A DNA stretch of 64,000 nt from Tubulanus polymorphus (Eukaryota; Animalia; Nemertea): contig NC_134030.1 in NCBI RefSeq assembly GCF_964204645.1, positions 2,894,778-2,958,777 on the forward strand. The letters are read 5' to 3'. The notes under the pieces were generated by a model. That model had not been told where the DNA came from. It worked only from the letters and a program-made list of their open reading frames with translations, and did not search any database. Both the position numbers and the translations under genes were made by a program. Each line of letters begins with the position of its first letter. Within the stretch, counting starts at the first letter, position 1. This document shows positions 38,547 through 52,098 of this stretch, in pieces.

Positions 38547-39612
38547 CGACATATCGATTCCAACACGAAATTATGTACATAACATATGAAATAAGCCTTG
38601 AATCGAAGATAAACCGCACAACGAAAGCGTCACATAATATATCATTTGTAGTTCACACCATGCAGGTGAAATTTCTACGGTGACTAAGTACGTTTCATCT
38701 TTGAAATCAACATGTTACCGCTTTTTTATTCATCTTAACCTGTATTATCACAGTCTAGGGAAGAAAAATGAGTATTGACGTAATTACAAAACAGAAAATA
38801 AAAGCATCTGGAAACATTTCAAACTTTATTTACCCATTCTAATTGCATTGGAGCGATCTATTGATAAATTAAGCTATTTCTCAAGTTGGATTTTTTAATA
38901 CATAAAAGTTCCTATGAGGTATTTGTTTTCCCTTTGATCGTTATTGTTAGATATATTTATGAATGAATGAATCTTTTTTCTTTTTCTAATGTAACACTTT
39001 TTTGGGGGTGGTATATCCTACAAGCTATGCTTTTTTATATCTTTCCCTCTGATAAATTATGTCAATTTATACTGAATTTGTGCAAAAACATGATAATTTA
39101 TAAATTGTATATTATTTGTTATAAATTGCTATAATTTTCAGAAAATAAATAAATAATAATAATAATAATAATAATATTTGATCCGAAAAATGTCACGCTT
39201 TATTTTTTCTGCTTCTAGTGTTTGCTCTTGAAACGTTTTTCAATAATTATCTTCACCCGGTAACTTACTACTGATATTTTAAGCCGAGTGTAGGTCGTAG
39301 CATAGTGAATACTTCCTGCATTTTCGATCAAATAATATTTTCATATAGATTGGTGCAATGATTGTTCTACTAAAGTAACCGTCAAACCAAAATTGGAAAC
39401 CTATTGCTTGGGTTTTTGTTTCGTTGGTTTTGCAATTGGATTTCGATAGCTCATTTGCTATGTCTCATTTTGTTGCTACTAAATCATTCACTAGCTTCTC
39501 CTCTCTGCGAACGCTTTCACCAATTTTTTTCACGCATTTGAAATAATAACATATAGCATACAACACAGTCACGTAAACCTCTCGAATTGTATAGAAAGTT
39601 ATTTCCTCAACG

Positions 39613-41677
39613 ATGCATCTTGGTTTTCGACGAAGAATTAGTTGGTGGCTTCTTGTGTCGCATATATATGAAGGTATGTAGTACAAATTACGTATTAAAT
39701 CTTAAAAGTGCCACCTGTATAATGATGTATACGTAATAGTGCCAGAAATCTCCGGTGCAGAAGGATCAATTTTAATCTTTATTCATTTCATTGAGATGCA
39801 AATGGTCCAATACATTAATATGTAGTGTAAGACCGGTGACATAAAGCCGTTTCACCAGTTCAGGCAGATAAGAGTGCAAAACCTCAGGAAGATACAGGCA
39901 CACATTAACAACTAAGTGAATTAAATCGTCCCCGTTAACGCTTATGATGTATCATTATGATTAGAAATCATCTTCCAAACCAAACGACTCAATTGTCGGG
40001 TGTTGCTAGTTGAAATTATATCCAAAAAGCTGATCCGAAAAACTTTTGACTAGGTTGTTTCTGAGGGGTTTATACCGACAGGAACTCGACCCGACCTGAC
40101 GATTTTTAATGATTTCATTGGTCAGAAATGTAAAAATAATGCCAGAGTTTTGCAAGGTCCCTGACAAAACCTTGAATTCTAGGTCCGGCCTTAAGTGTAT
40201 AGTAAACAAAGGGGAACCTCATAATATGTGTAACCGGCTGGTTGTTGTATCGGCAGGTTGGCTGGGGAACTAGCATTTACACCAAAGGTACAGGATTCCA
40301 GCCATCAGGAACAACAAGGCAGTTAGCACGGGACAAAATCGCGTTTGAATCGGAACTGGTTCCGGAAATGACTCACTGCGCTTTGTTTAAACATTGTTTT
40401 GTATCGATTGAGAGGTTTACGTGTGAGCGCACTTTCTAATCCGGCACTGGCCAAATTCAGCTCGGGCCTGATCCGTGCAAATTTGACCCGGGTCGTTTTC
40501 AGTTCGGTCGTTTCTTCATCGACACTATTTTTGCTGGAACATGAAATAACATATACGTAACTAGGGATCTGTAACAAGCATTGACATCATTATTGGACTG
40601 TTGCATGAGTACTTTTTTAGTTTTGAATTCATCAACATCAGCACAAAAAATATGGGGTTTAATATCCTTTAGAACAAATGTTCTCAATTTGTATAGATAG
40701 CATACGATTTAAGGTCAGGGAAACTCCTCATTCTGTCGTTGTTACGACTGCTAAACTATAATAACTTGCAGTGAAGATTTTAATACTTATTATTATAGCC
40801 TTTCTATATATATGTTAAATATTTTCTCGTGGAAAATTCTATGAAGTTATTAGATTTTGATCATGACAAATAGACTGGTAAATGAGTTGAAAATCTGAAT
40901 ATTCTTTTCAGGGAATTTCTCTAGAAATGACGTTTGTCCGTCGAATATAAACCTGGGCTGCACCAACAACTCCGCGGCGCTAGAGGAGAGAATTTACTAC
41001 TGTTATCCATTTATTCTGCCGAATAACCAGTTCACTTGCGACGGTGAAATCACTATGTGGCAATATACGATCTATGAAGCAGAGAATCCGGTGAAACTGT
41101 ACGGGAGCGTTTGGAGAAAATTAACAGATAATTCATTCAAACACATCGGAAGCAATCATTTACCGGGTAGAAATGTAACGGGTCAGGTGAACTTAACTGT
41201 GCCTAAAACTGATCGTATTCAATTTCTGACCGGAGACGTTTTAGGGATTCATTGTGAATTTCAATCTTCAAAATCATTCATGAAATTTAGATTTGATGAT
41301 CACGCTGCATTAGGCTATCTGTTAGAGCATAAGGAACCTTTATACCAATTTAACGGTATGCGAAAAAGTTTCAGCCAGAATCCCCGCAACTTTACGCCAA
41401 CTCAAGGGAAATTCAGATATCGTTCATTTCAAATAAAGGCATTTTTTAAAGGTAGGTTTGTGAATGAAATTATCAACAAAATGAATTTCAGTATTTTCAA
41501 AACATAGAATAAATGAATGAAGAAATATTTGTGACACACATCACGTCTGCTAATGCATTATAGATTTTTGTATTGTTTCTTCCTGTTTTCTGGTTATTCT
41601 GCTTAATGTTCAATGCTGGACTAATTGTCTTTTAAAATCAATTTTCATTGTCATTTACGTAAGGTTTCCACGAATGA
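39613..41677 (+). CDS. Uncharacterised secreted protein family, paralog E
   Basis: First exon 39613-39673 (MHLGFRRRISWWLLVSHIYE; weaker signal peptide), a 1.2-kb intron, domain exon 40912-41451, probable terminal exon 41664-41677 (GFHE*). Confidence 0.75.
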
Positions 41678-42240
41678 TCTAGAATGGTAAGTAACTTTCT
41701 ATCATACACAAATTCACCAATATTAAGTACGGTTACAAATTAGAACCAGTTCCTCTTTAACAAACCCGTTATTTCGAAAGGTAGGTAGGATACACAATTT
41801 CAAATACCGCGTCAAACTGCTATTGATGGAGAATCAAAAGAATGAACGATTAAAACAACGATTTCAATACAAAGGAATTTATTTACAATATTTAGCTCGA
41901 GTTTCCCGTAACGTGTAATATCTATACGTCATCTCTTCTTGATCAACGCTTAGTAAAGAAATAAACATCCTATTTTGAATATGTTTTGTTTTTGTTTATT
42001 TTCTTGCAGGAAATCACAACGTCGTAACACGTGTTTATTGACTGTTCTGACGTTCGATGGCTCTGATATTATCGAAACATATGTTTTATTTCATGTAAAA
42101 TCAAGTAGTAAATTGATGAAGAAAGAATGTTTCGAAACCTCTACTTGTGAGTTTTCTCAAAAATCGTTTTCAGCGTTCTACATCAGCTGACTTTCTGTTA
42201 ATGATTTCGAACGATTAGAATTAGATTTTCGCCATTCATT

Positions 42241-44960
42241 TTAAGAAACGGCTTGTATGAATTTATCCATTAAATCTGCTCCGCTATCCGGATCACCTTT
42301 CAGATATTTATCCAATTCTTTACTAAATTCCCCGTTTAACAGATTATCCAACTGTTCGGGATTGATTCCTGCGGCGCTCTGAGCTCCGGCGCCGTCCAGA
42401 ACATTTTTCAACTGTTCGTCGATCGCTTTTTCGAGATTATCCAGTTTCTCTTTAACGAGTTCGTGTTTTTCTCGAGGTGTTCTCGGCGTAGTTGCAGCTG
42501 CAGTTTTATTACTCGCAGTAGGTGGTTTACTATCGGTCGAAACTGAAGGAGTAGATTCCTCCACGACCGGTGCAACGATTTTAGGCGATGATTTATGATC
42601 AGGTTCCTTTACCTCGTTTTTCTTCACTTCCTCCTCACTCGGTTGCGGTGAACTGTCTTTCTGTTGTTGTTCATCTTCTATCCTAATGACAGGTACAGCA
42701 GCCGGTTTGATTTCCTCAGTTTTCTCTTCGGTCGTTTCTTTGTGTTTATTATCCGCATCGTCTGCTATAACAGCCGTCGTTATTTTCTGTTCGTCTGTTT
42801 TGATAACCGTTTCTTCGCGAACTAAATCTTCCATTTTTACGCTTTCGTCCGTTTCCTTGATCACGTCGTCATTATTCGAGTTTTTCTCCGATTGTTCAGA
42901 CGCCTCTTCAGCAGTTTTAATCACTGATATTGTCTCTGTTGTGGTTGTAATATTTTCGGACGTTGTTACAGTATCTGAACTTCTGTTCTCGTTATTTTCA
43001 CCAGTTTCGCCGTTTTCTACATTATTATCACTTTGTTCTAGTTCAGCCTGTTCACTGTCTTCTATTTCAGCAGTTTTAGTCACCTCATCAGCAGTTTGTT
43101 CAGTTGTATCTTTCACCTCAACTCGTTCGCTTTCTTTATCATCACTAACCTCCTCGGCTACAATTTTCTGATTTTCTTCGTTGTTCTTTGTTTCAACTGT
43201 TGTTTCATGTTCTGTAGTTTCGACGGTTGTTGTCGTTATTATGACGTTTTCTTGCTTTTCACTATCAACAGACACCGTATTTTGATCTACTGCAGCAGTT
43301 CCGTCACTTTTCTCTTCGTCAACTACAACGGATTTACTTTCTGTATTTGTGTCGTCTTGCTTTTCCTCCGTTGCGGTACTCGTCGTTGCTGCACTTTCTT
43401 CGTTACTTTCCGCCATTTTCCGATGTTCTACGACGACATTTTTATTCCGTTGCTGTTGCGCAAGCACGTCCTGTACTGTCTGGTGTACACTAAGTTTCGT
43501 AGAAGGACTGTTATCTGTTTTTGAGGCCGGATCGTCCGCCGAGTTATGATCGATGATCTCTAAACGATTTGAAACTACGCGTTTCGTTGAGCCGTCAGCG
43601 GCGGTAGTTTTTCGTTCCTGATAAGTCTCAACGGCCGTATCGTCCCGGTTTATCACAATAGTTCGATTTGGAGTAGCCGCATGGGGCGTCTCGGGTCCGT
43701 GGTTGACTATCACAGCTGTGCCGTTTTGATTATATTTCTTATTCTGAAAATGAAAACCAAATCAGTGAATTATCGGGTTGTATTTAAAGATGAATATCTG
43801 TAACTGATAATTCATAAAAAAACGTGGCCGGTTCTACAGTTGTGAGTTAGAGTTATCTCCGAGGTAAGATTAGGTTATTTAAAATTTTCCTACATTCAAA
43901 TCTTAACTCTAAACCGTGGAACTGGGGACCAGGAATACAAAAACTCTTTAGCATACGATTTTTCGACGAAGCGCGTATAATGTCAAAGAACAGAAAAAAC
44001 CATCGTAGAATAATGAAATTATTTCTAATGTGAAATAACACGATACAAAAACTTCCTTAGATTTGGAGCAACTAACAATATTTGTTATACATGATATAAT
44101 TAAAGAAAGACAGTCGTATAATACTTCACCACGCTAACCGACGTTAGGTTTAAATCCTAAAATGTTTGTCCACACAAAACGTAAAGACATAGCGTTATAA
44201 GTGAATCAAAAGCAGAATGATTTAATGTATATTATACACGTAGAAATATCTTAAGTTCGTGGGAAAAATTTCCCGCATGAATCTGAACGCTTTTGTGCAC
44301 GTTTCCAATATTAATTCACGGAGATTTTTTGCCGATATGAATAACACACAGATTTTATAGCCTACGATTAGAAAAAATAGCGTCGTTCTAATAATTGAGC
44401 ACATAAGGAGACATATATTACGCCTACCTGCTGGTAAGATATATACGCGCACTCTATCAGACCTGCTACTGAATGCGAGCATACGGTACACGACCGGATA
44501 ATTTGTGCGCAATAAAATTCAGAAAGCACATATCGACTCTCTCCGCGAACATGTTTTACGTTTTAAAATCTATTTTCGCACGAAAACATGCTTATTATTT
44601 CCGATTACGTGAAGAGAATAGCCGATTGTTTTCACGGGGGATGTGTCATCGGGGAAAGTGTTCCGCTATAGAACACAGTTATACGGTGTTGATCGATACG
44701 GCTCCGTCGTCACCGTGTCGTTCATTCAATTGCTAATTATCAATTCATAACCGTAATTTTTTTTACAGCCGTCTTTAGAAATAGAAATAATGATATTTTA
44801 TACGGGAGGTGGTGGGGAGTATCTGTAAAACCAGAGGTGAATTTTGGGATGAAGCGATGAATTATTTATAAGTAATCAAAATAGCTAAATCTTTATATGT
44901 TGGTCTCGAGCATTTTTCTTTTAATGCGATTGTAATAATCCCTGGTTTATATATTATATA

Positions 44961-44996
<36 letters not shown>

Positions 44997-45886
44997 TGTA
45001 TGTATGTATGTATGTATGTATGTATGTATGTATGTATGTATGTATGTATGTATGTATTGCATTGCATTGCATTGCATTGCATTGCATTGCATTGCATTGC
45101 ATTGCATTGCATTGCATTGCATTGCATTGCATTGCATTGCATTGCATTGCATTGCATTGCATTGCATTGCATTGCATTGCATTGCATTGCATTGCATTGC
45201 ATTGCATTGCATTGCATTGCATTGCATTGCATTGCATTGCATTGCATTGCATTGCATTGCATTGCATTGCATTGCATTGCATTGTATTGTATGTATATGT
45301 TTATGTTTTAATGATATCAAGTAATAATCTAGATCATTTTTTTTTCAATGAAATATTATTCTGGAATTTCCGATTATATTATTTTTACCTCATCGTTAAA
45401 TCGTTTTTGTCGTATAATATCAGCTAAGGTACGTTTTTCAGCGGTCGGTTCAGGTTTCTGTACGGTCACCGGTCGACCTCGAGACTGATGCTTCTTTCTG
45501 TGCAGACGAGTTTTAATTTCTTGCCAGTTTCGATTTTTACTGTTTATTTCTTCGGCTTCTCGTTTTCGTTGCTCCTCGGCGAGTCGAATTTGTTGTTTTT
45601 TCGTCAATCGATGTCGTCTGGCGTCGTCGTTGTTGTTCTCGTTCGGCGATCGGTCGCCGTCGATCGAAGGAAGCGCGTCTTGTTTCGCCGAACGACGCCG
45701 ACTGCTGCCGCGAGAGGTCGTACTCGGCTGCCGGCCGTTGTTGATTGGCGGAAGACGTTCGGTAGTGTCGTGCGATTGGATGGCGTTGGTGACGCGATGG
45801 AGGTTAACGACTGTATCCCAGCCGGACCTCGACCCGGACGGCGGTAGGCGCATTGTATATCGAGTTCGTGGCTTATCGTCAGTCAT
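42241..45886 (-). CDS. Intrinsically disordered protein of about 666 aa, with an Arg-rich N-terminus and Glu/Thr/Asp-rich C-terminal two-thirds
   Basis: Exon 45886-45389 (166 codons, donor GAG|gtaaa) splices in phase 0 to 43743-42241 (acceptor tttcag, 500 codons open). The C-terminus is predicted helical (REKHELVKEKLDNLEKAIDEQLKNVL). No family recognised. Confidence 0.75.
44950..45295. repeat. Compound microsatellite (TA)n-(TATG)n-(ATTGC)n
   Basis: Perfect (TATG) array at about 44968-45055 abuts a perfect (ATTGC) array at about 45056-45282, within the intron of the disordered-protein gene. Confidence 0.98.
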
Positions 45887-47511
45887 TTTCTGAAAGCAAA
45901 TGTTTCACAGTGTAAGATGGCGCAGAAAAGTTATTTCCAAATTTCATCTATACCGCACTATTTCATCATCTTCTTTAAGACCCGTACATTTTGTCGCACA
46001 AAAGAGAAAATCCATCTAATTAGGAAACAACAGATTCATTTGCAAAATAAATCTTTTAAAGAAATTATATGCATCTAACGAAATACTAGTCATTCTACTG
46101 AGGTAACTACATACTTATTTTTCATAATAGAATTATCACACAAATTTGAAGGCGTTTTTACAAAACAAAACCTATTTAGCATGAGAGGTCGGGACGTTTG
46201 CGTTCCTGAGTGGATATTGTACCGAACAAACAAAAAACATTTATTGAGAATCTCCTCTCTGTCGATATTAAATGAGCTAACCGTAATCACGAATATTGCG
46301 GAGACACTTGGCAAGGAAAATATGCCGATAGTTTTTACGGTGGTTTTCATCAATAATTCAAGTGAAACAGAATCGCGTCATGGACGCACGTCAATCATAT
46401 ACACGACAGAGAAAGAAACAGAAATGACAATACGGTACTGTTGACAATGTTGGCAAATTTAATTAGAATGAAATTGACATGCGTGAGGAATTGCGTCTAG
46501 AAAAATAGGAAGGCGCGCTCCGAAATAAAAGGAAAGATTTCGGCCCGTATCGAGGAAAGAACCCTCCCGTTTTGCTCATTTTTCATTTAAAAGGAAATAT
46601 TTATTAGAAACATTACACTCACAACTATCAAAACAATAAACAGTGCACTGAATGTATTCATTTATTCAGACTTTCTTTTTTACCAACGGAAATCGTTCAG
46701 AGGCAGTTTACTAACCGAGCAATAAAACTTCCAGACCCCTCATTTTTCAACCAAGTTTCAAACGTAGATTGAACCTAGTCTAAATTAGACTGGTAATATT
46801 CCGCACGCTACCTGAGTATTTCTCTGATGAAGCAACAAAACAAACAAAAGATTTAGAGTCAAAATTACCGGCTTTTATGTTTTGACATGAAATGCAAGCT
46901 AAATGCAACGGCAGGGGTTCAGAACAACTCTAGATTAGCCCTAGATCTCCCCTAGGGGCTGTTTCCATTGTAGATATTTAGACAAATTGGAAAACGAAAA
47001 AGAAAAATTATCCGATAAAGGACACAATTCTCATGGATGAATAACGCAATTACGGGTAAGGATGTGAAATAGTTTATTTCCCGAGCGCTACGGGTTTGAT
47101 TGTCACTCGGGGCAACGATCACTTTTTTCTCCATGATAATGACGGCGCGGAGACTGAGCGCGGTGTCGTCTGTCTCCACGCGTGTCTTGTGTTTATCTGA
47201 TCCGGAACTATCAACATTCCGACTAATCAATACCTACAGCATTACGTGAACCCTGGCGATATCCTATCACGAACTTCAGCCCGAAGGGAGAATTAATTAG
47301 CGAGTCATTTGATTGATTTAATGAAAATAGATGTATTGAGATTATTTTCGAAAACGTGGAATCGGAAGTTGATTCATCCTTGGATTCAGAGATTGTCTGT
47401 AGGTTAGTGAACAGTGCATTGAACAACAAGTCACCGCCCCTGAATTATAAAGCTTACGCATACTTGACTAGGATAGAACTGTTACTACAAAACGTTCCTG
47501 GTATCGCAAAG

Positions 47512-47590
47512 CGCTGGTCAAAGTGTCTAGTACGTTGGTACATAGAGCCTTATAGGTCCCAGGTTCGAACCACCGGCTGGTCTCCGTATT
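47512..47590 (+). mobile_element. tRNA-derived SINE head or tRNA pseudogene
   Basis: A-box-like TGGTCAAGTG and B-box GGTTCGAACC with tRNA-like spacing. No clean cloverleaf or acceptor stem. Confidence 0.5.
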
Positions 47591-47901
47591 TTACTGACCG
47601 CGGTTGCGGAAACAGTTAATTTCTAAAAATCATCGATCTCCAATCCTTCCAATTAATATCTAAGCTATAATCAGACATCTTTTTGCCGTTACAGTTAAAT
47701 AGGAATTCAAGTTTGATGTTTTTATCATAGATGTGTACAAAAACGAATAGATAAAATACACACACTATCTTAAATCATATAGTAATAATATATGGCTCAT
47801 GGGACCTGCCATAATCCCACAATGTTCAATGTATATAATTATATAAACGATTTCGATCTTTCTGTAGTTCGGTAATGCTTCGTTGTGTTGGTTGGTTTAA
47901 T

Positions 47902-47945
47902 CATGGACGTATAAACTAAGATCTAATCTAGTTTATACGTCCATG
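47902..47945. mobile_element. Minimal MITE (TIRs only)
   Basis: catggacgtataaacta...tagtttatacgtccatg, flanked by direct repeat GTTTAAT. A related end lies at about 921-940. Confidence 0.7.
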
Positions 47946-48223
47946 GTTTAATCATGAGTTTCACCCGGTCCTCTGTCGGCTAAAGGGCAATAACATACCA
48001 TGAATGGTAAATGAAGTTACATTTTAATTCGGATACGCACATTAATATAACAATTGCAAGATGACGTTACTGGCTGCATTTCCGTTTTAATAATAGGTGA
48101 AATGAGGCGGCATTTGGTGCATATTACATTATGTTCGATCTGGTTTCATTATTAGCTGTCGTCAACTGTATTTGAGAGAGATATTTGCTTTCATTTTCAT
48201 TCGCTATTCATAATATTTACACG

Positions 48224-48613
48224 CTCCCTCTCCCTCTCCCTCTCCCTCTCCCTCTCCCTCTCCCTCTCCCTCTCCCTCTCCCTCTCCCTCTCCCTCTCCC
48301 TCTCCCTCTCCCTCTCCCTCTCCCTCTCCCTCTCCCTCTCCCTCTCCCTCTCCCTCTCCCTCTCCCTCTCCCTCTCCCTCTCCCTCTCCCTCTCCCTCTC
48401 CCTCTCCCTCTCCCTCTCCCTCTCCCTCTCCCTCTCCCTCTCCCTCTCCCTCTCCCTCTCCCTCTCCCTCTCCCTCTCCCTCTCCCTCTCCCTCTCCCTC
48501 TCCCTCTCCCTCTCCCTCTCCCTCTCCCTCTCCCTCTCCCTCTCCCTCTCCCTCTCCCTCTCCCTCTCCCTCTCCCTCTCCCTCTCCCTCTCCCTCTCCC
48601 TCTCCCTCTCCCT
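48224..48613. repeat. Perfect (CTCTCC)n hexamer array, about 390 bp
   Basis: Seen directly in the sequence. Confidence 0.99.
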
Positions 48614-50834
48614 GACGATAAATACGAGTACCAAAAGAAAAACAACTTGAAATCTGCTTCAATTTTCCGATAGCGACCAGAGAGAGGAAACAATCTCGAC
48701 CCTGTTATGAAAACTATAATGAAATAATCTCGATTTTTGACGTAGTCTGTAGTCCACCTATACCACATGACGCCATGCCATGAGGTTTGAACGTCGAAGG
48801 AAAGTCAAATAATGCTCGAGTGATTGGGAGTTTATTCAATATTCCGAGTATTTGCGACGCCTTCCTTAAATGAAGGAAGTTCTCCATAACATCAATAACC
48901 AGCGATTTGTTATTGACGCACTTTACTTAGACGGAATTCGCGCATTATCCAAATTGAAATGCCATTGAAATATTCAAGTCAATGCAATATTGACTATACG
49001 CGCCATCACCGTTAGTTTTCAGTTAAAAGTCTTAATTATTTAATTCGTACGTATTACAGCGAGGACCAATTCTCTGCGTAATGTATGTAAGAGCTTCAAG
49101 CGATACGGGGTGGCATTTAGGAATATTCAAAATTGAATTGCAGCAGTGAAAACTTGACGGTGTCTCGCATAAATCGATATAGAAGTAATTCGTTTCTAAA
49201 GTCAGCAAAATATTCCAAGATATCAAACGTAAAAAATTCAACGATTGAAACGCTTATTGGGACCAGAACATTTCATATATTTCCTGACGGCTATCATCGG
49301 ATCAAATGTTGATCAAGTTCGCGAGGAAATGTGTTCTCAATAAGTTTTTCAATTGTTGAACTTGCGCCCTCAATTATTTGTGAAAGATTTCACTTCACTT
49401 TAATAAATTTTTCTCCATTTTCTCCAATCAAAAAACTAATAACCTTTAAAAAGTAATTGCCTTTTTGAAAATCGTTTTAAATCGCCAACACGGAAAATAC
49501 ACAAAACTTTGAGCGACTTGAATCTTTCAATAAATTTTCTGAATCTAACAGTACCTCGAAGATCGGATTATTTACTCACCTTGAATGCAGACTGTTCCTT
49601 GAATGAGATATTTCAACATGACAATACACCCAAACAGACAGTTACCGTCGCTTAGTAAGCCAATAATAGTTTAGCCATCCGCACATCCATCTAATCACCG
49701 CAGTTACTGCACAACCTACATTCATATCGGCACTTTAAGTATTTATTGTGTAAAAACGCATCGATTGCACTTCTTGCATCAATATATAAATTAAAACATG
49801 GCATCGAAAATTCAACGCGAAGCATTGGATTTTTTTGTTCACGGAATGTTCGAAATATCGGTTTTCGGTTTTACCTATCCGTCCCGGTATTTGCTGCTAC
49901 GCGCGAGAAATAAAGGGCCACAAACACCCGTCGTTCTGTTGAACACGCGAATGTCGTGATGTGACAGTTTCGACGCGATGCCGAGTAAGAATCGCGGCTT
50001 TGTTTTATTCTACGGAGTGAAGAAGATGAATGAAGAAAATCCATAAATCAAACATTACAATAATCACCACGACGCGTAACGGTAATTATGCGGTGTATGT
50101 CTATATTTCCCAGTTTCTCTCTCTCTCCATCTCTCCCCGTCTCTCTCTCTCTCTCTGTGACTGACTCTCTTGACGACGGTAGACTGTCACGGTCTGCGGT
50201 GACGATACGGTTATTTAGCGCAGCGACGGGTATAATCCCCTCAGTAACTACTGGTAACGCTGAGAATTCCTAACCACGTTCAGACGACTGGAAGCCGGTT
50301 GGTCACACGGCAGTGAAAATTTATCGCAGGTTTCCGTCGATGAAAGCAATTAGGCATCATTTGCACGAATCTTACGTCGAAACTCGGTAGTTTAAAGCGT
50401 TAATGGATCGAGGAGCGATTTGATGTCGATGAAATAACGGAACAAAAATACTATAGATGCGATAGTGTATTAAAATGCGCATTGAATCATCATTATCAAT
50501 ATGAGATATCGTCATTTCGAAGTAAATCTCAACCACTCGTCCACAAAATCAAACTTGTCTAATTGTCCAAGAATGAAATTGCAGATCATGTTACTATATC
50601 CTTCGTTTGTTTAAGCGTTTAAGGTTATATTCAATCCCTATAGGTTAAATATATAGTAATCGTAATAGTAATTTATTTCATCATAGAATGCATAACAAAT
50701 AGGTAATTATGATGATAGGGAACTGAACCTTAAAGGCTGTACAATCACTAGGACGTTCAGGCCCCTTGAGAAAAAAATGGTTAACGATAATGATAATGAT
50801 AATGATCTCAAAAATATCAGAATCTGATTTTATA

Positions 50835-51385
<551 letters not shown>

Positions 51386-52098
51386 TAATAATGATGAACT
51401 CAATTGTCAAAGACATATCCATGTTTGGAAAAAATAATCATGATAAATACATCTATCTAAAGGTCTAGACGGAAGCAATTGATTTATTCATTAATTGATA
51501 CATTGACAAAAGGAATAAGTGTGCGGAGTCGGGTCATTCTTAATACTACGAGGTTTCAAAAAATGGTTTTTCGAATATGCGAGTAAATAAAACCTTACAT
51601 TCTGTTGGATGTGTTTCACACGTCGTATTCTATACAAAATAACCAGGGTCGGCTTTCACAAAAAGCCTTTAGAAATAGGAACACGAGGCGTTTGGAATGG
51701 AATACAGACGCATGTTGCGGTATGATGTGATGTTCGTGTCGCGGGAAGTGTTCGCCAGCCGACACGATCACGTGATTCGATAGAATATTACATGCGTTGA
51801 TGATTGATCAGATAATAATCACACGCAGACGAACATTGTCGACGACATTGACGCCGCGCGACGACGCAGACCGTTTTCGGTTTTTAATTTTCTAATTACC
51901 AGCATAAGGTGAAGTGATAAACCAGACGCGTGGAGACGTCTCTGGAGATCTTACAGGAATGAGATCAATAACCGATGAATTCTTAAGGAATGCAGTGAAA
52001 CCCGTTAAAAAAAATAATAGCGCTGAATCAAGCGAAACTGAACGTTTTATAGCTGACGAAATTCTTCCTCAAATAGGAAACATTATATTAGAAAATGT

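Noticed and set aside
28252-41451. Protocadherin/UGT1A-style cluster of variable exons spliced to one shared constant exon, suggested by each domain exon ending in a phase-1 GT donor
   Set aside because: Each paralog has its own nearby short terminal exon (DSVIERC*, ATGFHAR*, ATGFDERDE*, GFHE*), one copy is inverted, and no shared downstream constant exon is visible. Only cDNA could fully exclude it.
42686-43549. Plus-strand Ser/Val/Leu-rich ORFs (also 10957-11325 and 14320-14604)
   Set aside because: They are antisense shadows of Glu/Lys/Thr-rich coding exons on the minus strand.
47512-47590. Functional tRNA gene
   Set aside because: A and B boxes are present but there is no convincing acceptor or anticodon stem, so it is treated as SINE-like.
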